From assembly GCA_934454405.1 (NCBI GenBank), contig CAKSFN010000011.1:26582-90581 (forward strand): 64,000 nt of DNA, given 5' to 3'. Under the pieces are notes generated by a model. It was not told the DNA's origin, ran no database searches, and saw only the letters and a program-made list of their open reading frames with translations. This DNA is from an uncultured Eubacteriales bacterium. Lineage in GTDB: Bacteria > Bacillota > Clostridia > Oscillospirales > UBA644. The position numbers and the translations under genes are program-made. Below are positions 37,547 through 46,896 of the stretch, one piece after another. The first letter of the stretch is position 1. Each line of letters begins with the position of its first letter.

Positions 37547-40500
37547 ATTCAACTCAAATATATCGAATTGCAGGGCTTCAAATCCTTTCCGGACAAGACG
37601 GTTATATCGTTCGGCGACGGCATAACGGCGATAGTCGGTCCGAACGGCAGCGGAAAGAGCAATATCGCGGACGCCGTTCGCTGGGTTATGGGCGAAACGT
37701 CCTCCAAGACTCTGCGCGGACAAAAAATGGAAGATGTTATTTTCGACGGAACCGCGATGCGCAAGCCTCTCGGTTTTGCCGAGGTCTCGCTCGTTCTGGA
37801 CAATACGGACAGAACGCTTGACATCGAATATGACGAGGTCGCCATAACAAGGCGGTATTACCGTTCGGGCGAAAGCGAATACTTCATCAACCGCTCCGAC
37901 GTCCGTTTGAGGGATATTCAGGAGCTTTTGAGAGACACTGGCCTCGGAAAAACGGGATATTCCATAATCGGGCAGGGCGCGATAACCGAGATCATCGCGG
38001 CGAAATCCGCCGACAGGCGCGCGCTTTTCGAAGAGGCGGCGGGAATATCGAAGTTCAAGCACAAAAAGGATGAAAGCGTCCGCAGACTTGCGCAGACGCA
38101 GGACAATATAACACGTATCAAGGATATAACAGCCGAGCTTGAGGCGCGGCTCGGTCCTCTTGAAAAACAGTCGCAGAAAGCGAGAAAATATCTTGCGCTT
38201 CGCGAAGAAAGAATGGGGCTTGAACTGACGCTCTGGGTGAACAGGCTCGACGCTATCAAAGAGATCCTCGCAAATGCGGAAAAGCAGACCGGGGAACTTC
38301 GCGCAAGCTACGAAAAAATCGAGCTCGACCTGCGGCAGACGGAGGAAAAGGTCACCTCCCTTACCGCGCAGGGCGAAGAGCTTACCGCGCAGATAGAGCG
38401 GATAAGGGCGCAAAGCAAAGAAAAGGAAGAGACTGTTCAACAGAAAAAGGCGCAGATACTCGTTGCCGAAAACGATATTTCACACGCAAAGAAAGATATA
38501 GAGAAAATGACGGAGTCTCTCGGCAAAACCGACGAGGACGCCGAAAAGAACGCGGCGCTTGAAAAGGCGCAGCTTGAAGAGATCGCGGAACTTGAAAAGA
38601 AGCTCGCGGAAAAGGACGCGGAACTCAGACTGCTTGACGAAGCCGCGGCGGAAGCGGAGGCCGAAAAAGCCGCCGCCGCCGAGACGGAAGCGGAAATTAA
38701 CGCGGAGATAGCAAAGCTGAACGATTCGCTGACGTTTTTGAAAGTCCGTCTCGGTTCTCTCGAACAGGCGGAACAGACGCGTTCGGAATACATAAAAGAG
38801 CGTTCGCAGGACATCGAGGACGCGAAGGCGCGAATGAAGTCCATCGAGGCTTCCCGCATCGAGACAGAAAAGAGTATCGGGGACGCGAAGGCGCTGCTGA
38901 AAGAGAACGAAAATGTCGCGGGCGGGTACGACGTCAAACTGAAATCCGTTACGGAAAAGCTGACGTCAGTCAGAAGCGAACTCGGCGCAAAGGCGTCCGA
39001 ACTCGACAAATATCTGAACCGCCGCCAGATACTTTCGGATATGGAAAAGCATTACGAGGGCTTCCAGAACAGCGTCAAAGCCGTTATGACCGAAGCCTCG
39101 CGCGGCACGCTGGCGGGAATAGAAGGCACGGTGTCCGAGCTTATAGACGTTCCGCCGGAATATACGACCGCCGTTGAAACGGCGCTCGGCGGCGCGCTTC
39201 AAAACATCGTCACGTCCGACGAAAGAAGCGCAAAAAACGCGATAGCTTTGCTTAAAAACAGAAATCAGGGTCGCGCGACCTTTCTCCCGATATCCAATGT
39301 CCGCGGCGAAAGGCTCAAGCTTGACGGCATTGAAAACGAATACGGCTTTATCGGGCTTGCGGTTGACCTGATAACCTATGATAAAAAATACGACGGCGTT
39401 ATTGCGTCGCTGCTCGGTAAAACGGTTGTCTGCGACGACCTCGACTGCGCGGCGGCGATAGCAAAAAAGAACGGTTACGCGTTCAGGTTCGTCACGCTTG
39501 ACGGGCAGCTCGTCAATGCGGGCGGCTCTCTTACGGGCGGCTCTGCGGCGCGCAATTTCGGCATACTTTCCCGCCGCAACGAGATAGAGGAACTTGCGGC
39601 GCTTTGCGAAAAGCTCGAAAAGACCATTGACGGGCTTGAGGAAAAGGAACGCAGGCTCAACGCGGAGAAAAACTTCGTCGAGGCTTCCGTCGAGGGCGTT
39701 CTTGCCGAAAGCCGCAGGCTTGAAACCGAGCTTGTCCGCTTAAACGGAGGCGCGGCGCATTATCGCGAATACGCGGAAAACATCGCGCAGCAGGAAATCC
39801 TGTTGAAGCGCGAGCTTGAAGCTCTTTCGGAGGCGCGCGGCAGGGAGGCGGACGAAAGAGCGCTGCTTGAAAAGAAATCCGCGCAGGCGGAGCGGGACGT
39901 GGCGGCGCAGGCCGAAAAACTTTCGGCAAATGCGGAAAGAATAAGACGCGCGGACGCCGCGCTTGCGGAAAATACGGAGAAAAAGCATGTAATACTGCTT
40001 TCAAAGGCAGACATCTCCAACGCTGTCGAGAACATTTCCGCGCAGATAGAAAGACTGCGCGAGGAAGAGCGGCTCCGCTGTGAAAACGCGGAAAAGATAC
40101 GCGCCGACATAAAAACTCTCGAAGATCAGATATACGCTTATGAGCAGGTTATAGTCGTTTTGAACGGCGAGCTTGAGGATTTCGGCAGAGAAAGCGCTGC
40201 GGACGAAATTCTTATCGGCGAAAAGATTGCCGCGAGAGCGCAGCTTGAGCAGCAGGCGAACGCGTTGAGACGCTCCGAAAAAGACCTTTACGACGTGCGC
40301 GAGAAGCTTTCGAGGGAGATAGAAAAGCAGTCCACAAAGTTCGAAGGCGTGAGCGAGGAGAAAGAGACGCTGACCTCGAAGATATGGGAAGAATACGAAC
40401 TGACTCTTTCCGAGGCGAGAGAACGCAGAGTTGAGATCCCCGATGTTGCGGAAGCGCAGAAGAAGGTTTCCGCCATAAGGGCTTCGATGAAGGCTCTCGG

Positions 40501-41104
40501 CGAAGTCAACCTCGGCGCCGTTGACGAATATATCGAGGTCAAGGAGCGTTACGACCGTCTTTCCGAGCAGGTGAACGACCTTGTCAAGGCGAAAGAGGGG
40601 CTTGAAAAAGTGATCGCCGAGCTGACGGCGAGAATGAAGGATATTTTCAGGGAGCAGTTCGGGGTTATAAACAAGGAGTTTGAAAAGGTTTTCCGCGAGC
40701 TTTTCAACGGCGGAAGCGCAAAGCTCGAACTCGAAGACCCCGAAAACATTCTCGAATCGGGCATAGATATATACGTCGCGCCTCCGGGCAAGATAATAAA
40801 GCATCTGTCCTCCCTTTCGGGCGGCGAACAGTCGCTTACGGCGATAGCGTTGTATTTTGCGATACTGACGATACGCCCCGCGCCGTTCTGCCTGCTTGAC
40901 GAGATAGAGGCGGCGCTCGACGACGTCAATGTTGTCCGTTACGCGGAATATCTGCACCGCCACGACAAAACGCAGTTCATCGTTATCACCCACAGACGCG
41001 GAACGATGGAGGCGGCAAACAGACTCTACGGCGTTACGATGAAAGAAAAAGGTATTTCCCGTATCCTTGCCATCGACGTCAGCGAAATAGAAAAACACAT
41101 CTGA
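37547..41104 (+). CDS. smc: chromosome segregation protein SMC (start codon uncertain; ATT 37547 proposed)
   Basis: Walker A GPNGSGKSNI, long coiled coils, hinge, signature LSGGEQS and Walker B LLDEIEAALD. The canonical N-terminus M-x-LK-x-IEL-x-GFKSF maps to ATT CAA CTC AAA at 37547. No ATG, GTG or TTG lies in frame between the promoter and that point. Confidence 0.85.
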   Translation: MQLKYIELQGFKSFPDKTVISFGDGITAIVGPNGSGKSNIADAVRWVMGETSSKTLRGQKMEDVIFDGTAMRKPLGFAEVSLVLDNTDRTLDIEYDEVAITRRYYRSGESEYFINRSDVRLRDIQELLRDTGLGKTGYSIIGQGAITEIIAAKSADRRALFEEAAGISKFKHKKDESVRRLAQTQDNITRIKDITAELEARLGPLEKQSQKARKYLALREERMGLELTLWVNRLDAIKEILANAEKQTGELRASYEKIELDLRQTEEKVTSLTAQGEELTAQIERIRAQSKEKEETVQQKKAQILVAENDISHAKKDIEKMTESLGKTDEDAEKNAALEKAQLEEIAELEKKLAEKDAELRLLDEAAAEAEAEKAAAAETEAEINAEIAKLNDSLTFLKVRLGSLEQAEQTRSEYIKERSQDIEDAKARMKSIEASRIETEKSIGDAKALLKENENVAGGYDVKLKSVTEKLTSVRSELGAKASELDKYLNRRQILSDMEKHYEGFQNSVKAVMTEASRGTLAGIEGTVSELIDVPPEYTTAVETALGGALQNIVTSDERSAKNAIALLKNRNQGRATFLPISNVRGERLKLDGIENEYGFIGLAVDLITYDKKYDGVIASLLGKTVVCDDLDCAAAIAKKNGYAFRFVTLDGQLVNAGGSLTGGSAARNFGILSRRNEIEELAALCEKLEKTIDGLEEKERRLNAEKNFVEASVEGVLAESRRLETELVRLNGGAAHYREYAENIAQQEILLKRELEALSEARGREADERALLEKKSAQAERDVAAQAEKLSANAERIRRADAALAENTEKKHVILLSKADISNAVENISAQIERLREEERLRCENAEKIRADIKTLEDQIYAYEQVIVVLNGELEDFGRESAADEILIGEKIAARAQLEQQANALRRSEKDLYDVREKLSREIEKQSTKFEGVSEEKETLTSKIWEEYELTLSEARERRVEIPDVAEAQKKVSAIRASMKALGEVNLGAVDEYIEVKERYDRLSEQVNDLVKAKEGLEKVIAELTARMKDIFREQFGVINKEFEKVFRELFNGGSAKLELEDPENILESGIDIYVAPPGKIIKHLSSLSGGEQSLTAIALYFAILTIRPAPFCLLDEIEAALDDVNVVRYAEYLHRHDKTQFIVITHRRGTMEAANRLYGVTMKEKGISRILAIDVSEIEKHI

Positions 41105-41117
41105 AAAGGAATCGAAA

Positions 41118-42038
41118 ATGGGATTTTTCAGCAAAATAAAAGAGGGTCTCAAAAAGACCCGCACATCAATAGGAGAGGGCTTCAATTCCGTCTTCTCCGT
41201 GTTCCGAAAGGTTGACGAGGACTTTCTTGAAGAGCTTCTTGAGCTTCTTATTATGGCGGACGTCGGTTACGAAACGTCGGAACGCATAATAGACGAGCTT
41301 CGCAAAAAGGCAAAGCTCGAAAACCTCGACGATGCGGAAAGCGTCAAAGCGGCGCTTGCGCAGATTATCGCCGAAGCCATGCGCGGCGGCAACGAGCTGA
41401 AGCTTTCGACAAAACCGTCGGTCATTCTCGTCGTAGGCGTCAACGGCGTCGGAAAAACCACAACGATAGGCAAGCTTGCGCACCGTCTTGCGGAAAGCGG
41501 CAAAAAGGTCATCATCGGCGCGGCGGACACTTTCCGCGCGGCGGCGATAGACCAGATCTCGGTCTGGGCGGAAAGAAGCGGAACGGATATTGTCAAACAT
41601 AAGGACGGCGCGGATCCCGCGGCGGTCGTGTACGACACGATAGCGGCTGCGAAAGCGAGAAACGCCGATGTTATTATATGCGACACGGCGGGCAGGCTGC
41701 ACAACAAAAAGAACCTTATGGGCGAACTTGAAAAAATAACGCGCGTCATCGACCGCGAACTGCCGGACGCGGACAGGGAGATCATTCTTGTTCTCGACGC
41801 AACGACGGGACAGAACGCCATCGAACAGGCAAAGGACTTCAAAGAGGCGGTCGGCGTTACGGGCGTTGCCCTGACAAAACTCGACGGCACGGCAAAGGGC
41901 GGCATAACCATCGCCGTGAAAGATGTTACGGGCGTTCCCGTCAAACTCGTCGGCGTGGGCGAGGGCATGGACGACCTGCAATATTTTGAGCCCGATGCGT
42001 TCGCAAAAGCGCTTGTCGGCACAGAGGACGCGGAATGA
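41118..42038 (+). CDS. ftsY: signal recognition particle receptor FtsY
   Basis: 306 aa. NG domain motifs GVNGVGKTTTIGKLA, DTAGR, TKLDGTAKGG. Confidence 0.95.
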   Translation: MGFFSKIKEGLKKTRTSIGEGFNSVFSVFRKVDEDFLEELLELLIMADVGYETSERIIDELRKKAKLENLDDAESVKAALAQIIAEAMRGGNELKLSTKPSVILVVGVNGVGKTTTIGKLAHRLAESGKKVIIGAADTFRAAAIDQISVWAERSGTDIVKHKDGADPAAVVYDTIAAAKARNADVIICDTAGRLHNKKNLMGELEKITRVIDRELPDADREIILVLDATTGQNAIEQAKDFKEAVGVTGVALTKLDGTAKGGITIAVKDVTGVPVKLVGVGEGMDDLQYFEPDAFAKALVGTEDAE

Positions 42039-42631
42039 AACAAAAGGTTTTGCTTGCGTCCAACAACGCGCATAAGATAAAAGAGATAAGAGCCGTTCTC
42101 GGCGACTTTTTCGACGTTGTTTCCCTGCGAGAGGCGGGCGTTTTTTCCGACCCCGAGGAAACGGGAAAAACGTTTGAGGAAAACGCCCGTATAAAAGCGG
42201 TTGCGGGAATGAAGGCGAGCGGAATGCCGTGCATCGCGGACGACAGCGGACTTGAAGTTTTCGCGCTTGACTTTCGTCCCGGCGTTATGAGCGCAAGATA
42301 CGCGGGCGGACACGGCGACGACGGGGCGAACAACGCAAAACTGCTTGCGGAGCTTGCGGACAAAAAAGACCGCTCTGCGCGCTATGTCTGCGTTATATGT
42401 ATGGCTCTTCCCGACGGTCGCGAAATCGAGGCGCGGGGGGAGTGTTACGGCGAGATACTGAAAGAGAAGCGCGGCAGCGGCGGCTTCGGATACGACCCGT
42501 TGTTTTACTTTCCGCAGAAAGGCAAAACCTTCGCGGAGATCTCCGCGGAAGAAAAAAACGAGGTCAGCCACAGAAGCGCGGCGCTTAAAGCCTTTGAAAA
42601 AATATGGGAGAAGGAAATAAATGACAAGTAA
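42035..42631 (+). CDS. rdgB: XTP/dITP diphosphatase (RdgB/HAM1 family)
   Basis: 198 aa. Motifs LASNNAHKIKEI, ADDSGLEV, GFGYDPLF. ATGA overlap with ftsY. Confidence 0.9.
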   Translation: MKQKVLLASNNAHKIKEIRAVLGDFFDVVSLREAGVFSDPEETGKTFEENARIKAVAGMKASGMPCIADDSGLEVFALDFRPGVMSARYAGGHGDDGANNAKLLAELADKKDRSARYVCVICMALPDGREIEARGECYGEILKEKRGSGGFGYDPLFYFPQKGKTFAEISAEEKNEVSHRSAALKAFEKIWEKEINDK

Positions 42632-42908
42632 ACAGAGAGCGTATCTTCGCGGACTTGCAAACACCGCGGAAACGATACTTATAATAGGCAAGGACGGCGT
42701 GACGGACAATGTTCTGAAGCAGGCGGACGACGCGATAGAGGCAAGGGAGATAATCAAGCTCAAATGCCTTGAAACCGCGATGATGACTTCGCGCGAGGCG
42801 GCGGAGGAGATAGCCGCAGAAATCAGGGCAGAGGTCGTTCAGGTCATCGGCTCCAAAGCCGTGCTTTATCGTCCGTCGAAAAAGCCGAAGATAGTTCTTC
42901 CCAAATGA
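42621..42908 (+). CDS. yhbY: ribosome-assembly RNA-binding protein YhbY (CRS1/YhbY domain)
   Basis: 95 aa. Motifs TSKQRAYLRGLAN, IIGKDGVTDNV. It sits in the yqeI position of the yqeI-nadD-yqeK-rsfS cluster. Confidence 0.85.
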   Translation: MTSKQRAYLRGLANTAETILIIGKDGVTDNVLKQADDAIEAREIIKLKCLETAMMTSREAAEEIAAEIRAEVVQVIGSKAVLYRPSKKPKIVLPK

Positions 42909-43519
42909 GGACGGGACTTTTCGGGGGTACTTTCAACCCCGTTCACAACGGGCACGTCGCCGCGATGAAAGCGTTTTGCGCAGCGGCAAGGCTTGACAGG
43001 CTCATCGTTATGCCTGCGGGAACGCCGCCGCACAAGCGGTTTGAACGTGAAGTGTCGGACGCGGACAGGCTCGAAATGCTGAAACTTGCGGCAGGCACGC
43101 TCGGCGAGGTCAGCGATTACGAGATGAAAAAAGAGGGGAAAAGCTACACGGTGGAAACGCTTGAATATCTGCAAAGCGTTTATCCGAATGACGATTTCTT
43201 CCTTTATATGGGCTCCGATATGCTTCTCGGCTTCGAAACCTGCTGGAAACGCGCGGAGGACATTATGAAAATGTGTTCGATAGCCGCGTTTTCCCGAACG
43301 GGCGACGATTTTGAACGATTGAAAGAGTATGCCGGGCGCCTGAAAAAAGAATACGGCGCAGGAATAGAGGTTTTCGGGTATAAGCCCGTCGTAGTCAGCT
43401 CTTCTCAGATCCGCGCCATGCTTGCGCGGGGAGAGGATATTTCCGGACTTGTTCCGAAAGCGGTCTGCGAATATATTAAAGAAAAAGGGCTTTATCGGGG
43501 AGGCGGAAAAAATGGCTGA
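42905..43519 (+). CDS. nadD: nicotinate-nucleotide adenylyltransferase
   Basis: GLFGGTFNPVHNGH motif; 204 aa. Confidence 0.9.
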   Translation: MRTGLFGGTFNPVHNGHVAAMKAFCAAARLDRLIVMPAGTPPHKRFEREVSDADRLEMLKLAAGTLGEVSDYEMKKEGKSYTVETLEYLQSVYPNDDFFLYMGSDMLLGFETCWKRAEDIMKMCSIAAFSRTGDDFERLKEYAGRLKKEYGAGIEVFGYKPVVVSSSQIRAMLARGEDISGLVPKAVCEYIKEKGLYRGGGKNG

Positions 43520-44105
43520 GCTTTCCGAATATAAAAAACTGCTGAAAACGCTTTTGAAGGCGGATCGGTACGAGCACAGTCTCGGCGCGTCGGAAACGGC
43601 GAAAAAGCTTGCCGAAAGATGGGGCGCGGACGCGGAAAAAGCCGAGCTTGCGGGGCTGCTGCACGACATAACAAAGAATATGCCTGCGGAGGAGCAGCTT
43701 GCGATGTTGAAAAAAGGCGGCGTTACTCTGTCCGAAGCCGTGCTTGCCTGCCCTTTTATATGGCACTCCTATACTTCGGCTTTTTACGTGCGGGACGTCC
43801 TCGGAATAAACGATACGGAGATTTTTGACGGAATATATTATCATACGACGGGAAAAAAGGGAATGACCCTTTTTGAAAAGATCGTTTATGTCGCAGATCT
43901 TGTCGAACCGTCAAGAACCTACCCCGACGCGAAAAGGCTTTACGCGCTTGCGTTTGAAGATCTCGACGAAGTCGTTTTCGAAAGTGCAAGGTGGTGTCTT
44001 TTCAAAAACAGCCGCGACGGCGGTTATATTTACGGCGATACTTTTGAATTATATAACGAATGCGTTCTGAAACGGAGGGAAAAAGATGAACGAAAAGATT
44101 TTTGA
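43512..44105 (+). CDS. yqeK: bis(5'-nucleosyl)-tetraphosphatase, HD-domain protein YqeK
   Basis: 197 aa from ATG 43512. HD motifs RYEHSLGASETA and LLHDITK. It sits in the conserved position after nadD. Confidence 0.85.
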   Translation: MAELSEYKKLLKTLLKADRYEHSLGASETAKKLAERWGADAEKAELAGLLHDITKNMPAEEQLAMLKKGGVTLSEAVLACPFIWHSYTSAFYVRDVLGINDTEIFDGIYYHTTGKKGMTLFEKIVYVADLVEPSRTYPDAKRLYALAFEDLDEVVFESARWCLFKNSRDGGYIYGDTFELYNECVLKRREKDERKDF

Positions 44106-44454
44106 TATGGCAAAAACCGCGGCGGCAGCGCTGTCCGAAAAAAAAGGACAGAATATTAAGGTTATCAAGGTCGCCGAAAAAACCACGCTTGCGGACTATC
44201 TGATTGTCTGCAACGGAACGTCTTCCACGCAGATACGCGCGCTTGCGGACGAGTGCGAATACCGTCTTAAACAGGCGGGCTACACGGAGCTGCACAGAGA
44301 GGGGCAGCCCGGCGGCGACTGGATACTTCTCGATTTTAAGGATATTATAGTGCACGTTTTCAGCAAGGAAGCGCGCGCGTTTTACGATCTCGAACGTTTT
44401 TGGAAAGACGGAGAAGAGATCGAAATGGATTTTGACGTAAAAGAGGAGAACTGA
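44086..44454 (+). CDS. rsfS: ribosome silencing factor RsfS (Iojap)
   Basis: 122 aa. Motifs DYLIVCNGTSSTQIRALAD, WILLDFKDIIVHVF. Confidence 0.9.
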   Translation: MNEKIFDMAKTAAAALSEKKGQNIKVIKVAEKTTLADYLIVCNGTSSTQIRALADECEYRLKQAGYTELHREGQPGGDWILLDFKDIIVHVFSKEARAFYDLERFWKDGEEIEMDFDVKEEN

Positions 44455-44460
44455 AAAACA

Positions 44461-46866
44461 ATGGATTACGATTTTTCGAAGGTCGAAAAAAAGTGGCAAA
44501 CGCGCTGGGACGAGAAAGAAGTCTTTGTCGCAAAAGAGGATAAGACCAAAAAGAAGTTCTACGCGCTTGTTGAGTTCCCGTATCCGAGCGGCGCGGGTAT
44601 GCACGTCGGACACATCAAGGCATACGGCGGACTTGAAGTTATCGCAAGAAAAAAGCGTATGGAGGGATATAACGTCCTGTTCCCGATAGGCTTCGACGCG
44701 TTCGGGCTTCCGACGGAAAACTATGCGATTAAAACGGGAATACATCCCCGTAAAGTGACGGATATGAACATCGCGCGATTTACCGAACAGCTTAAAAAAG
44801 TCGGTTTTTCGTTCGACTGGACAAGGGTTATAGACACGACCGACGAGAATTATTATAAGTGGACGCAGTGGATATTTCTTAAAATGTTCGAGCACGGGCT
44901 TGCGTTCCGCGACAAAACGCTTGTCAATTATTGTCCGAGCTGCAAGGTCGTTCTTTCGAACGAGGATTCGCAGGGCGGCAAGTGCGATATATGCCATTCG
45001 GACGTCGTTCAGAAATCGAAAGACGTTTGGTATCTGCGCATAACCGAATATGCGGACAGACTTTTGCAGGGGCTTGAAGAGGTCGATTATCTGCCCAACG
45101 CAAAATTGCAGCAGCAGCACTGGATAGGCAAATCGACGGGCGCTTTCGTCGATTTCACGCTTGCGGGAACGGACGAAAAGCTTCGCGTTTACACTACCAG
45201 ACCCGACACCCTGTTCGGCGTTACTTTTATGGTCATCGCGCCCGAACATCCGCTTATCGAAAAATACGCGGCGCAGATAAAGAATAAAGAAGCCCTCGAC
45301 GCTTACCGTGAGGAAAGCGCGAAAAAGTCTGAGTTCGAGCGCACGCAGCTTGTCAAAGACAAAACGGGCGTTCGCATCGAGGGACTTGAAGCTGTCAACC
45401 CCGTCACGGGCGGCAGCATTCCCATATATATCTCCGACTACGTTATGATGGGCTACGGCACGGGCTCCATTATGGCTGTTCCCGCGCACGACCAGCGCGA
45501 CTGGGAATTTGCGAAGAAGTTCGGCATAAACATCGTTCAGGTCATCAAGGGCGGAGATATAGAAAAAGAGGCGTATTCAGGCGACGGGGAAATGATAAAC
45601 TCCGGTTTCCTGAACGGTTACACCGATAAAAAATCTTCTATCGAAAGAATGATAGAATATCTTAAGGAAAAGGGTATCGGCGAAAAGGGCGTGCAGTACA
45701 AGATGAAGGACTGGGCGTTCAACCGTCAGAGATACTGGGGCGAACCCATTCCCATAGTTCATTGCCCGCATTGCGGACTTGTTCCCGTTCCTTATGACCA
45801 GCTTCCGCTGCGTCTGCCCAAAGTGGAGAACTTCGAACCGGGCACGGACGGCGAAAGCCCGCTGGCGAAAATAGACGATTTCGTCAACTGCAAGTGCCCG
45901 AAGTGCGGCGGCGACGCAAAGCGCGAAACGGACACCATGCCGCAGTGGGCAGGTTCGTCGTGGTACTTCCTGCGCTACGTTGATCCGCACAACGACAAGG
46001 TTTTTGCCGATGCGGAAAAACTGAAATACTGGATGCCCGTCGATTGGTACAACGGCGGAATGGAACACGTTACCCGCCACCTTATCTATTCGCGTTTCTG
46101 GCATAAGTTCCTTTACGACATCGGCGAGGTTCCGTGTGACGAGCCGTATATGAAAAGAACCGCGCAGGGGCTTATTCTCGGCCCCGACGGCGATAAAATG
46201 TCGAAGTCCAAGGGCAACGTCGTTGACCCTCTTGACGTTGTAAAAAAATACGGCGCGGACGTTTTGAGAACGTATATTCTGTTTATGGGCGATTACGGGC
46301 AGGCAACGCCGTGGTCGGATAACAGCGTCAAAGGCTGCAAGCGTTTTCTTGACAGAGTTTGGGGACTTAACGACCTTGTCAGGGACGGTAACGGCTATTC
46401 AAAAGCGCTTGAAACGCCGTTCCACCGGACGATAAAAAAGGTCTCCGCGGATTACGACGCGATGAAGTTCAACACCGCGATAGCGGCGCTTATGACGCTT
46501 ATCAACAGTATTTACGACGAGGGAAGTCTGACGAAAAAAGAGCTGGCGTCGTTTATCACGCTTCTTAACCCCGTCGCGCCGCACATAACCGAGGAAATGT
46601 GGGAAATGAACGGCTTTGACGGAATGCTCTGCGAGCAGAAGTGGGTCGAATACGACGAAGCGAAAACCGTTGAATCGACGATAGAGATACCCGTTTCCGT
46701 CTGCGGCAAGCTCAGAGGCGTTGTTTCCGTGCCTGCCGACGCGGACAAGGACGCGGTGATAGCCGCCGCGAAAGAGGACGAAAAGGTTCAGTCTTTTATC
46801 GCAGGCAAAACGATTGTCAAAGAGATATTCGTTCCCGGCAGAATGGTCAATATAGTTGTTAAATAA
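44461..46866 (+). CDS. leuS: leucine--tRNA ligase
   Basis: 801 aa. HIGH-type motif AGMHVGHIKAY, KMSKS motif DKMSKSKGN, and a CP1 editing domain. Confidence 0.95.
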   Translation: MDYDFSKVEKKWQTRWDEKEVFVAKEDKTKKKFYALVEFPYPSGAGMHVGHIKAYGGLEVIARKKRMEGYNVLFPIGFDAFGLPTENYAIKTGIHPRKVTDMNIARFTEQLKKVGFSFDWTRVIDTTDENYYKWTQWIFLKMFEHGLAFRDKTLVNYCPSCKVVLSNEDSQGGKCDICHSDVVQKSKDVWYLRITEYADRLLQGLEEVDYLPNAKLQQQHWIGKSTGAFVDFTLAGTDEKLRVYTTRPDTLFGVTFMVIAPEHPLIEKYAAQIKNKEALDAYREESAKKSEFERTQLVKDKTGVRIEGLEAVNPVTGGSIPIYISDYVMMGYGTGSIMAVPAHDQRDWEFAKKFGINIVQVIKGGDIEKEAYSGDGEMINSGFLNGYTDKKSSIERMIEYLKEKGIGEKGVQYKMKDWAFNRQRYWGEPIPIVHCPHCGLVPVPYDQLPLRLPKVENFEPGTDGESPLAKIDDFVNCKCPKCGGDAKRETDTMPQWAGSSWYFLRYVDPHNDKVFADAEKLKYWMPVDWYNGGMEHVTRHLIYSRFWHKFLYDIGEVPCDEPYMKRTAQGLILGPDGDKMSKSKGNVVDPLDVVKKYGADVLRTYILFMGDYGQATPWSDNSVKGCKRFLDRVWGLNDLVRDGNGYSKALETPFHRTIKKVSADYDAMKFNTAIAALMTLINSIYDEGSLTKKELASFITLLNPVAPHITEEMWEMNGFDGMLCEQKWVEYDEAKTVESTIEIPVSVCGKLRGVVSVPADADKDAVIAAAKEDEKVQSFIAGKTIVKEIFVPGRMVNIVVK

Positions 46867-46896
46867 ATTTCCCCTGACAAATAACGGGAGGTAAAA

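Noticed and set aside
37437-37625. 62-aa ORF in the smc leader, considered as a leader peptide or as evidence that smc starts at ATG in another frame.
   Set aside because: It has no RBS, its sequence is unlike SMC, and it overlaps the true SMC head-coding frame. It is therefore not a credible gene.
40001-42763. Two long minus-strand ORFs of 394 and 498 aa.
   Set aside because: They are antisense to smc, ftsY and rdgB, which have unambiguous motifs on the plus strand. Their sequences are Arg/Ser/Phe-rich low-complexity.
44002-45489. 495-aa minus-strand ORF.
   Set aside because: It is antisense to rsfS/leuS, for the same reason as the other mirror-frame ORFs.
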